A stretch of 64,000 nucleotides of DNA from Paragordius varius (Eukaryota; Animalia; Nematomorpha), in assembly GCA_964247055.1 (NCBI GenBank), contig OZ176054.1:3410001-3474000 (forward strand), in the 5' to 3' direction. The stretch's first letter is position 1; each line of letters begins with the position of its first letter. Below, piece after piece: positions 1 through 12,200 of the stretch. Position numbers and translations under genes: made by a program. The notes beneath the pieces are model-generated. The model worked only from the letters and a program-made list of their open reading frames with translations. It ran no database searches and was not told the DNA's origin.

Positions 1-261
1 GTCAGAATTTTTGCCGCGGTTCTGCCACCAAAATAATTTAGATTTCTGTATTTGGAGACCCGTTTTATTCCTTTTATTACTGTGCTGCTTATCGATTGCC
101 ATCCCTTCATATGCTACTGAAAAATATTTGGAATTTTTTTTCGTAAAATTAGGTTCATTTATTTTTTCCATCGTTTCGGATATAGCTAGGTCGCCAATAT
201 TACTATTATTATCTAATAAATGCGTTCTTTGACCGTTATTCTGGGTTATGTGGTGTGCTGC
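1..261 (-). CDS. Putative internal coding exon of an unknown protein, running off the left edge of the window
   Basis: Acceptor ctttccatgtgaatAG at 263-262, then 87 stop-free codons to position 1 (AAHHITQNNGQRTHLLDNNSNIG...KLFWWQNRGKNSD). Phase 0, compatible with the phase-0 donor of the 6801-6403 exon. No recognisable domain. Confidence 0.5.
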
Positions 262-1435
262 CTATTCACATGGAAAGATAAATTTAAATCGATTATAATA
301 ATGTCTGTTAAAAAATCGATCGATTACAAATCACTATTTATACTATTGATAAAACGTTAATTAGTTAATCATCGAGTGAAAGCGGGAAGGGAGAAAAGCA
401 TAAAAATCCATAATGCATTTTGTACTAATTTTTATTTTTATACCTTTTTCTTTCTTATATATCATTAAAATTTAATGATGCATACTAAAACAAAGAGATA
501 ACCCACACCACCCATGTTTTACTCAAATCAAACCAAATCAATCACTAAAATTTTTGGTTGATTTCAAATTAAGTTATATTTTGTTAAATAATTTGTAATA
601 TATATATATATATATATATATACTAAATATTTAAAAAGCTAAAAAAAGTTAACGCACCTACCTTGGCACCATTCAGTCAAGCGTTAATGACATAATCCCC
701 TTTATTGAATCGACAACTTGTTATGTAAAAATTTTTAGAATTAACAAAATTTAGGAGACTTTATATTTGGAGGAAAGTTATTTTAAACAAAAATTTTTTA
801 TTTTTTTATAAAAAATGATTTTAAAATAAATTAATTAAATTATCATTAGCTAGATATAATCGGATTATAGTATACCTGCTTGCACATCTTCCTTTTAACA
901 AAACAAACAAAACAAAAATAGAAAAAAAGTATGCGTACGAAATAGGTTTAATTCTAAAGAGCAATATTTTTTGCACAAATTTTGCTTTTGCGTTAGGAAA
1001 TAAAGGTATTACTTAGCAGAATTGTCAAAAAACGTATTATAATAAAATATATGTTTGCTATAAATTTTATATAGATTTTAAAGTATCCCGCCTCTTTCCC
1101 ATCAATTTCAAATATATATAATGGAAACGAAACTAAAATTTTAAACTAATTATTATCAATCAATCATATTTTTTTATTATATAGCTAGCTATAAAATAAA
1201 TTGTTGAAAAATTTTTTACATCATATTTTCTAAATATTATTTTTCAGAAAACTATCTTGATCAATAGATAATAGTTTCCTAGATGCTAACTACAGGATAA
1301 TTTGAAAAGATAAGGCGTAGTAATATATGTTCAATAAAAGCCAGTTAAGTTTTTTATAAAAGGCCGCAACATAAAAAGTAAAATACTGTCATTTTTATAG
1401 ACCTTGATTCAAAATACTTATTATACACCCTATAT

Positions 1436-1619
1436 CAGCGGTATTCACCAAAATTTTTTAAAGGATAAATATTTTCATTGTTAAGGGCCACACCGATAAA
1501 AATTTAAATATGTTTGACACATTTTAGAAGATTTTTGTAATCTAAATAAGATCGTCCAAAAATATTAAAAATTTAGGGGCATAAAAAGCACTTTTAGGGC
1601 CGCGGTTTAAGTATCACTG
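1436..1619. mobile_element. Small degenerate hAT-type MITE
   Basis: Imperfect TIRs (CAGCGGTATTCA versus reverse complement CAGTGATACTTA) flanked by a near-identical 8-bp duplication CCCTATAT / CCCTATGT. A related end occurs near 56250-56310. Confidence 0.5.
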
Positions 1620-4600
1620 CCCTATGTGAATAAATGGGCTGAATATGGGGTTATATATAAAATTTCGAGCATAAGGTAGTTTTTAAGTTGGCCATCGAAC
1701 ATGTAGGCCAAAACCTTGGTTTAAATTTATCAATATTATAGAAAAATACGTAAGCTGCACACTGATATAAAGCTTCAAATGATTGCTTATATATTCTGTG
1801 TTTGCAATATATAAATATAATTTTCCATAAAAAATACGGTTTGATATTGCAATCCAAAATTTATATATGTGTTTGTAAAACAAAATTATTGTACAATGTG
1901 GCCATAAAGAATGTAAAAATACAACCTTATTTTGATTTTATCAATAATTATTTTTTTTGGAATGAAAAATGAATAATCTATGTTATCTACAATGACAATG
2001 ACAATAACACGGGGTGCACCCCTTTTTACAATTGGTGAACCAATTGTCAGAGTACCGTGAGCTATATAAGTATTTGGAAAAAACCTTTTAAAACTTTTTC
2101 TAATAAAATTTTTATGATTGCAAATGTTTATATATATCTATATATATATATATATATATGTATATATTAAAATACTATTATGAAAATTTTTTACTGTAGG
2201 TTAGTGTTATTAAATTATTATATTAGAAATAAAAAGGAATTAAAAAAAAATACCGTACATAACCTGCGCTTTGGAAAGGACATTATTGTTTGATTTTTGG
2301 AACAGAGGTTTGATATTAATAGAGTTGTTGATAAGTGACAATAGTTTTAATTAAATGAAACGTTAACGACAAAAAATAATTATGATTTAACCGAGCAGAC
2401 GATAACCCATATAAAATTTATAAGAATATATGATTAAAAGATTATTAAAAATATAATTTAGTAGAAAAGGGTACTTATCTTTGATTTTCCTGTGGCATAG
2501 GTACTGTTCCCCTAAACAACTGAAGTTTTACCAGTGACTCAACTTTTATTATAAAAGAATTCATTTCCGAGTATCGAAAAACTTCATCAGGGTAATAAGC
2601 CTCTTTGGATTGCACTCTTTACAAATAAGGAATCATCCATATCCCTAAAGTATAAATATATAATATGTATTTGATGGTTCTGGTGTGTTCTTCTAATATC
2701 CAAAAGGCAGACGATTTCGACCGAATCGCGAAAAGTCAATCTATGTTATCTAGGTGGCGATTTATACATTTACCGAGGCAAATTAATAAGTCAAAGGGTT
2801 AAACATATGTTGATTTGAAGGGTATAGAATGCATATTTTTTTAATTGTGCAAATATCATAAATACTTTAAAAATTATTTGTTTTAAAATCGTGCTGGATG
2901 AATATAAACAATTATTATAAGTATAATTTTGCGCATTTATTTGAATCTAAATTGTATATTTTTTTGATACAATTTAAAATTATAATGTAAATATACAAAA
3001 TATTGTTGCATTTTCGAATTATTATGCTCACTAATTTATATTTTCATTATGTTTCATTGTTAAGACGTTACTTAAAAATTATATAATTTTAAATAGTATA
3101 CTATGGTACTTATTTTGATTAATAATTTATAAAAAGTGGTTGGCAACAGATTATTTGAACTGTACAATCATGGCCAAATATCCTTTAGTGTTACAAATTC
3201 CAAATTATATAAATCAAATATAGACAATTTTAAATAACAAAAATTAGTTTAAAGTTTAGATCTAAGCCTTTTTGAAGAAGATATACCAGCGATCTTTACA
3301 CTGTTGATGTTTTTAATTGCAAATTTTGGGAATTGTAATAAAAAATCATATAATATTCAAAAGGTTAAAATAAGTATGCCATGATAACTCATGCTGAAAT
3401 ATTATGATTAATATTGACGGGGGGAATATAATTGTTTCTTATAAAAAATTTTAAATCCCTTCTCATAAAAAAATAATTTTTTTTATATTTGTAAATACAA
3501 TATATTTCGTATATAAATTCTATTATATAATTTAATTAAATCTATAATTCTGTTATGTATATCTCAATTTCGACCTAAATATATCAGATTTTAGGGAATC
3601 TTAGATGTAATTATGCACGCAAATATTGAATTTTTCAAAAAATTAATTAGTTTTGAATTCTTTTCCTACAAATAATTAAAATTTATAATCCTAATGTTAC
3701 AAATATGTAATAAGCAAAACATAAATAATTAAAATAACGTATATGTGTTAAATTGATCTCTGCTCTGAGAACTTGACATATAGCTATTAAAATAAAATAA
3801 ATTATGTAAATCATTAAAAAATATTTAAGTCAAATAATTGAATATTTTTTTTAATTAGATGTAAATTTTTATATGATGCGGTTATCATGTGGTGTTACTA
3901 ATATAAATAATGGTATAAATTTAATTCAAAACATTCAGGTCAGTCATTCATTTCAAATTGGGTCGTTTGTAAGCCCAAGGTTTAAAATAAAAATTAGAAA
4001 AAATATTTAATTTTTATGTAACATTGATAAGCCGAAATATCGAAAAGATTTATAATTGGTGTTACTTAGCAACATGAGATATGTACACATTAACTAAATA
4101 CAAAAATAATGCAAAAAAAACCACTTTGCTGTTGTTATTTATCATTTGATATAAAAAAACACGATGCACAAATGTTGTAAAAATGGCGTCGAAGTAGTTT
4201 GATGTGGAAATGCTTTATTTCTTTAAATTTTATTTGGATATTTTGGCATAAATTTTTATTGGAGATGAGCATAAATTTAAATTGGATTTGTAATAATTGA
4301 AATATGATCTGGGGTGGGTAGTTATCCCAATTTGAATCGAAAAAAACGAATATAATTTGAAAATCTTAGGTATTTTTTAATTTTTTCATTAGTATGTCAT
4401 TGAGATTGTCATTAAGGCTATCGGAGGCATAATTAGTTTTTATTCGTTTTTTATTGATAGTTTTAAAACATTTATTTCGATGCGGTTTTACCCAGCCAAA
4501 TCTGTTTAATTTTGAGTAGTCGAATTAATCTAGTTTGCGATTAATAACTTTTTAAAGATAAGCACTGGGTTTGCATGTATGGTCGTCTCTCTTCTTGATA

Positions 4601-6402
4601 CCGACTTAAACTAAATAATTGGTGGCTAAAATGTAATTATTGAAAATTAAATAGGTCCAAAAAAGAAACTTATTTTACAAATTTTTATTTTTTATATTTT
4701 CTTGCCACAAATTTGATTTAGTAAGAAAATTACAGGTTGTTTTAATCATATCAATTTTTTTTGGAAAAAACTCTAAATTTAATTTTTTACCATACACAAT
4801 AATATTAATGAGAAGCTTACACGTTACCGAGTTGTGTTTTACACAAACAACCAATTTGCTGGTCATTAATGAATTTTAGTCAATTTTTTCAATAATTTTT
4901 TAAAGCTATTTAAATTTGTTAGCAATGCACATTCTAATAGTTAAAAATCTGAAATAGTATAAAGTATTTTTCAAAAAAAGAAAAAATGAATGTACAAGTA
5001 AAACGTGGGCATTTTTATGCAAGAGGCTGATATAAGGCTGTTTTGGCATTTTTCAGTCTTTTATATATTTTTTGAGTGGATAATTTTTAACACTTGGATT
5101 CGTATTGGAACTTTAACCGAGTGGTCTGAATCCAAATTCATGCATCTATCTTAAAAAAATAATTATAAACTAAAATAGCAATAATTGGATAGAAAAAATA
5201 GAGAAAAACCGTAATGTTTTAGTTTAAGCTCAAATACCCTTCAGTTTAATGCATCAAATAAAATTTCGAATGGTTTTTTTAGATTTTTCAAACATTTGAA
5301 ATAAAACCAATAAGTTTCATATTGCGTAAATAACAGGCCTGGGCTGGTCACCCATTATTATTTGTGCAATGAGTTTTTAAAAACATGGCGAACTTATATT
5401 TTAACATTTTTTTTTAATTTTCATTCCAATAAAACCATAGTATTAGATAATATTTTCATACTAAATGCTTCAAATATTTGATAAAAATACATATGTTGGA
5501 ATTACATATCACTGATAATTAAAATTAATTATTATAATCGTGTTTTGAAATCGAAACTTGCAATTAACATATATAATAATTATAAGGTATGCGCATATAT
5601 TACAAGCTTTTCAATATTTTCCTAAAAATTTATTCCTACCTCCGTCTCTGAGTTATGAGATAATTATCATTATATTATAAAGACAAAAAAAGTAAAAATA
5701 AGGATTATACATAAAAATATGTATAAAAGATGTCAAAGTACTTAAATACTAATAAAATTATGGGGAAATATTCAGGAATATTTTGTATGTTTATTTGAGA
5801 ACTAAAACAAGATCACAATAATATTATAATAATTAAAAAAGATCTTTCTATGAATAATTTGATAATAATTTTGATTTTGAAATATGTGGATTGATATAAG
5901 GGAAAGTAAGGCGCTATTAACCTACTAACATTCACTCAAAACTTAAATAAAATATTAAAATTTAAACTTTATCGATGATTAAATTGTTTTAAAAATATTA
6001 AATTGGTTATTGTGCAAATTTATTCTTAAGGTCAATATAACTCTAAAATATAATGAGCGTGAACGCTAAAATAATAAAATTTTGAATCCCAATGAGTTTA
6101 ATTATTGGGAAGAGGGGTCTACATTATTTATTTTATAACCTATAACTCGACATTTGGAAAAATGTTTTTTAACTATAGTTAATTAATTTAAGTATAAAAT
6201 CTAAGCATCATGTTTAAAGGATTATCCATTCAACTTTATTATTTTTCAAAACATTGGATTTAGACACATGTGCTCCATGTAAAAATTTGTATATTTTATA
6301 AGTTAGAATTGAGGCTAAATATAAGTAAAGTATCCAAGATTTAAAAAATCTAATTGATTAAAATGGCCTTGAATAAAGTAATAATGTATTTATAATTTCT
6401 AC

Positions 6403-6801
6403 CTGCCCATTGATAAGGCGATCATCCTTTGAATTTAGTACTTTAAAACTGATAATTGGATTTTCATTATCAAAATTCTTCGATGAATTTGGATTAATGG
6501 TTTCTACTGCACTGTTAAACATTAAATCTGAGATAGACTGAGCTTTGTTTCGAGCATGTAAATTTGATTTCCCTTGATTATTTTTAATTATTTTCTTCTC
6601 CATGAAAACGTTTTCGCTATTATCAATAGTAGTACTTTGAGGCTTGGAGGATTGGAAATCCAAAATGGAGTTAATGGGTGAAGAGGTACTATTTAATGAT
6701 ATCAAAGTTCTAGTTGGATCAAAAAGGGGATCATCGAGAAAACTGCAATTTGAATTAACTGTAGATGGCGTCTGTAATATCAATGATTCGGAATTTCCCA
6801 T
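6403..6801 (-). CDS. Putative first coding exon of an orphan protein starting MGNSES (N-myristoylation-like start)
   Basis: Stop-free ORF 6801-6358 with S/N-rich composition like other exons in this window. Strong donor CAG|GTAGAA after 6403 (133 codons, phase 0); in-frame stop 5 codons upstream of the ATG. Confidence 0.5.
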
Positions 6802-7945
6802 TTTTACTCTAATTTAATTTGTGTAAAACTGTCCCGATATGTGGTTTTCTAATGTGATGAATTTTAATGTTTTCTATATAAAATAGAGATAATACTAAGG
6901 AAGAAGTATTTTTCAAAAGGTTAAGAGGCCATTTGCTGCATTAGTGATATTAGCTAAGATTAGATTGTATTGTGCTGTGGTTTTGATATCTTCAAAAGTT
7001 GTTTTAACAAAAAATTGTAATATTTCTTATCAAGTTTTTATATGGATAGATACCATTGAAAATATACCGTAAGATATATAATCATGACAATATTGCTTGG
7101 AAAACAATAGAATTAAAAAAAAGAATGGAATGTAATAAATGCAAAATCATAAAATTGTTGTAAGATTTTAAAAATTTAATTTTCATAATTTAAAATAATT
7201 TAAGTATAGGAAGTATTACTTTATCATTAGATTCTTGTATATAATTTCTTAAAATAACATTATATATATATATATATAAATGCTGTAAGTAAAATATAAA
7301 TAATTTTAAATTTAAATTTCAATCATAATTACAATTGTCAAAAAAAGGCACGGTAATTCTTAATGTGATATTGTAAAAACAATAATATATACGAAATAGG
7401 AAAAAAATGGTAAATATAAAATGTTGAAAATTAAAATAAAAATACAGGTAAAAAATACAGGTAGGTTTTAAAGTTGTTGTTTTATTCAAATGTGTGGAAC
7501 AATTCAATAATGCATGAATCATTTTGAATGTATGATATATATAATACAGTACGTATGACATTTAAAAAAGTTTGTTCACTGTTAAATATATAAATTTATA
7601 GTAAACATAGAAAAAAAGTGTTTTATTTGGATCAATTGTTATTTTTACCTATACGCTACTGAACAAATAGATTTGAAAAAAGAATATAGTGTAATTTGAA
7701 AAGACAGAGCATAGAGATAGAAAGACGACATATGTTACATACTTACTCGTATTTCAAATTCCTTTTCTGTTCTTTCTTTCTTTGTCTTTATGATATTATT
7801 TGATTGTATCAAATACATTAATTAAATGTAAAACTTTTATTTTTGGAATATGGTAAATTTTTTGTTAAGAATGATTATATAAATATTTAATTTTCAACTT
7901 TAAAACGGGGGAATAGGGTTTTTTAGGCTATTAATTTTATAAATT

Positions 7946-8020
7946 CCATTTGCACTGGAAGAGTGTGCTTAAATACTTCAAAATGGTCCTTGAACACTTC
8001 AAGTTGGTCCTTATACTTTT
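7946..8020. mobile_element. Fragment of TA-targeting MITE family with 21-bp subterminal repeats
   Basis: CCATTTGCACTGGAAGAGTGTG followed by two TTGAACACTTCAAGTTGGTCC-like units; matches the termini of the 60666-61261 element. Confidence 0.55.
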
Positions 8021-9292
8021 AAATTTTTATTTAACCATAACTTTTGCAATGATATTATTTGATTGACTTATTAAATACGTAACTAAAAATTTAAAATGAG
8101 AATTGTTTTGTTAAGAATAATTATTTAATTAATTAATTTTCTTAATTAAATTTTATTAGTTGAGTTGGTTTTTAGGTTTCTTACTAACCTTTAATCCTGG
8201 ATATAAGAAAAGATATAACCGCTATTGATTTTTAAAACTGATGCGAGTGAACAAAATTTATTAAATACGTTTTATAAAAAAATATTTACGCCTAATTTTC
8301 TTCACATATTTGTCTCTAGTTTAAGTAAAACTGTTATACTGGTTTTATATTTTTTATCTGGTCACAAATTTCAGATATTGAACCGAATTAAAAAATTATC
8401 GAAAATTGAAGAGAATATTTAAAGTCTATTATTTTTTTTAAATTACTGATTGATCTAAAGGATTTAGAAACTGTAATTGTTGTTTAAATATTAAGTTGGT
8501 ATCTCATAATATTTTATAACTGTTCCATAAATATCTTAAAAAAAGTAAGCCAAAAAGCGTTTAGATTTATAAAAACTAAAATTTTTGATCATTTTTATCG
8601 GCTCTTCTTTCACTCTTAATTTAAAAATGACAAGTCATTGATTTTAAAAGCTTTTCAAATTGCAATTCTCCCTATGCATATATTAGTTTAGCCTATATCG
8701 TACGCGACGAATACTAATTTTTTAACACACCTTTATCGCTAAAATATTTATTCAAAGATATTTATTCATAATCGGAATACTATATAACGAATCATCATTT
8801 TTGTGGATTACTTCACTTATGGTTAGTTAATTTATTTCTTTGAACAAGAACCCGCTAAAGACAGATCCTTTCTAAGATGTGTGAGGCGACATTTATATCA
8901 TATTATCAAACACTCGGGCTTATTATTCTGATTTTTTTAGACATGAGTATTCGATCAATAGGTTGTTTTACACCTTTAAATTCATCCACTTGCTTGCTAA
9001 AGCTTTTAAATATTTATTATTAATTTTAACTATCAAATATTGAAGTCAATCCTTTGTTTGGAGGAAGTTTAAGATGATTTGGTTTAAATATTTACAGAAA
9101 TTTGAGAAACAATTAGTACAATCAAATTAACTATGTCAAAAACGCATCTTTGTCGCTAAATAGTTGAAAACTAGGAGAAATTGTATAAAATTGCAAGGTG
9201 CCTCATCTTTTTATAATCAAATTATATATGTTAGCCGTTTTTTATTTTTTACTTAAGGAAATGACCATAAACTCCTTGTCATTCTGGTATAT

Positions 9293-12200
9293 TCAAGAAT
9301 TAATATAGGAGAAATTATCCTACAATAAAGTGTAATTAACTTAGTATATATTATTTAATTATTGCTTGCTTTTCAGGTAAAAAATCGATCGACAATATTT
9401 AATCGTTTTAAATTACTTTTATTACTTTTTTTTCAAGAATATATAATTTGAAAAGATACATAATAATGTGTGCAAAAGGCAACGCAGCATAGACATTTGA
9501 CCTAATGAGCTTAGTATTTTAGCATATATGCATGAATAAGTTCATGCATAACTTTCTCTCGCCATTTACCTGCATTCCAAGGTAGTATGCATACTTTGCA
9601 AAAATTACTAAGAAAATATTTTTTAATATAAATTATAAATTAGTTGGTACACGAATAATTTATTAGCCATTAAAAAATCTATTCAATGCTAATTTACATA
9701 ATAGTAAATTAAATCTGACTCTAAAATTCCGATTCAGACCAACCCCACCACTTTCTGAGTCCTGAATAGATAACCATTTTTAGGATTCGGATTTGTTTCT
9801 CTTACCTATTGCACAACAAAAAAATGGAAAAAATTTTAATATATCTAAAAATGCATATATATATATATATATATCGAACTCAAAATAATTGAATTTACTC
9901 GAAAACAATATAGGATTATTATGTTAAATATATCATATTATATAAAAACATTCAAATAGCGTTTTAAAAATAGCCGAATTTAATGATTAATGTTTCATAA
10001 AATATCAGGTCCTTATGTCATCTAAAAATAACAGTTTTTTCATGGACTATGGTTTACTATTAAATAAATCCTTTACTTTTAATTTATACATTAGCGTATG
10101 AAAGTAGAAAGTATAAAAAGTATTGAAGCTAATATAATGTTTATTCTTATAGTCGCTTTATCAAACTTTAAATACGTAATATAATTAGCTGGTGCATTTT
10201 TGTTTTTTTGCATTTATATCGCTTGAATGTCCTTCAAAGCTTCGATGCCCTTTTATTTTTCAACGGGAAAAGGAGAACATATTTATTTTAAATTTTATTA
10301 TCACACTTCTATGATCCTTATAAGTCCCAGTAGCTTAGCATTAGATAGTGTCTAATTGTAAAAGTTGTTCCAAAATGTAAAATATGGATATTACTCGAAC
10401 ACAAACACGGTTTGTTTGTCCATCTGGAATGGTAACCCAACTAAGATTATTGAAATTCCTTCCTCCCTGACTTACGGATTGTGATGTTATATTGACACCG
10501 TCGGCTAATGCATTGATTTGAACCGTACTGGTTAGGACACCCAAATTGTTGTATACACCCACATCTGTCATCATTAATCCAAATTTAAACCAATTTAAAT
10601 AATTTATATAACAATAAATTTATTTCTCGGCTATCAAATTTTTAGCAAGACATTCAATTAACGGGATAATAATTGGTATTTTAAACAGTTATGGTAATAA
10701 TTGCATGAACCATATAAAATTCTAACGGATAAACGCTTAAAAAACTCTTTGTATCTGGTTTTAATAGGTGTCACTCCGGCCAAATTTTATTTAATTCTTG
10801 ATTTTAAAACAAAATTACACCATATTTATCTAATTCTATCCGTGTAAATGTGGCTCCCTAATTTATGGCAGAGTGTTTCCATGTTTTGAGATAAATAAAT
10901 ATGAATTTACTTGTGTCTAATCTGTCATCTACGAGAACGTTGCCAAAACATTCTGCAACAGTTGCGTTCCTATGTATGCATGTGGCTACAGTATAAACAC
11001 CAGGTTCTATAGAAAATATGTTATACGGAATTTATAACATACTAGCGTAAATCTCGTGCTGCTACGTAGCCCGAGGAAGGGTTATTTTGAAACATTATTT
11101 AATAGCTATGATCTCATAGGATTTTCAAAACGGTGCATTCCGTAAAGGCCCTAAATTGACGGCTAACGGAAAAAACCGCTTTACTATAATTTTTACTTTT
11201 TTTTGGTAATATTTTATTAAACTCGTATGGCTTCTTAAGTTTTTTGAAAATTAGCGCCAAAACCACGCCATTTTTGTATGGCGTCTCAGTTTTAAACCGG
11301 TAGACCCCTACCCATAGGCCTATATGGAAAAAGCGCTAAGTTAGATTTTTTGCCTTTATATGAAAAATATTTGGATTCATCTTTAAGACCATCGTCTCAT
11401 GGGTTATTCGAAAAATTACCTCAACACTGAATAATCGTTAGATGATGGCGAGGGCATAAAGGCCCCAAATTAACGGCTAATAAAAAAAGGCCTGACCTTA
11501 ATTTTTACCTAGTTACGGGTGATATTTCGAACTTTAAATGAGCTCATATGGCATAAGTTTTTTTTAAATTAGTTCCAAAACAACGTAATATCTATATAGT
11601 GGCACAGTTTTTGGCGGATACTTACCCAGAGGCAGGTATAAAAAGGCGTCGGGAAAATTTTTTGTCTTTATATGGGGAATATCTGGAAATGTAATGTCCA
11701 TATGTTCCTATTCTTGGAAATATTACTTCAAAACCAAAATATTGTTCTATGGCGGCGAATTATTCAGGGCGTAAAACTTTTCTTAGCGACCCATTGAAAT
11801 AACCCCCTATACTGAAATATTTTTGCAAGGGGTAATAATTATTTTAGGCCCTTATTGAACTCACATAGTCTCATAAGTTTTCTGGAATTTGGCTCCAAAG
11901 CATGCTGTATCGATATAGAGACGCATTTTTGCGCGGGTAGTTCCCTACCCAGAGCCTATTTAACCGCTTATTTAAAAAATCCGCTCGACAATTTTTGCCT
12001 TTTTACAGGTAATATTTCAGGCCCTAATAAAACTTATATGGCCTGATTTCTGAAAATAAATTCTAAACAACGCAATTTTGTATGATGGCCAAGTTTTAGG
12101 CGGGTAGCTCCCTACCCAGAGGCCAATATAAAAAAGACGTTCGATAATATTTTTTGCCTATCTATGGAAATACCTGAAATCATAATTCATTCCATATGCT

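Noticed and set aside
11-232. 73-aa + strand ORF
   Set aside because: It is the antisense shadow of the more exon-like open frame on the - strand (261-1).
2257-2740. Coding-looking - strand segment with acceptor-like and donor-like sites
   Set aside because: No single frame or plausible intron combination gives a continuous ORF, so I could not assign it to the flanking gene or to a TE.
9527-9550. Perfect 10-bp hairpin TATGCATGAA-TAAG-TTCATGCATA
   Set aside because: AT-rich and isolated; such stems are expected by chance in 64 kb at this composition.
11615-11640. ATACTTACCC..GGCAGG resembling the U1 snRNA 5' end
   Set aside because: It is one variant of the Helitron internal repeat unit; no U1 stem-loops or Sm site follow.
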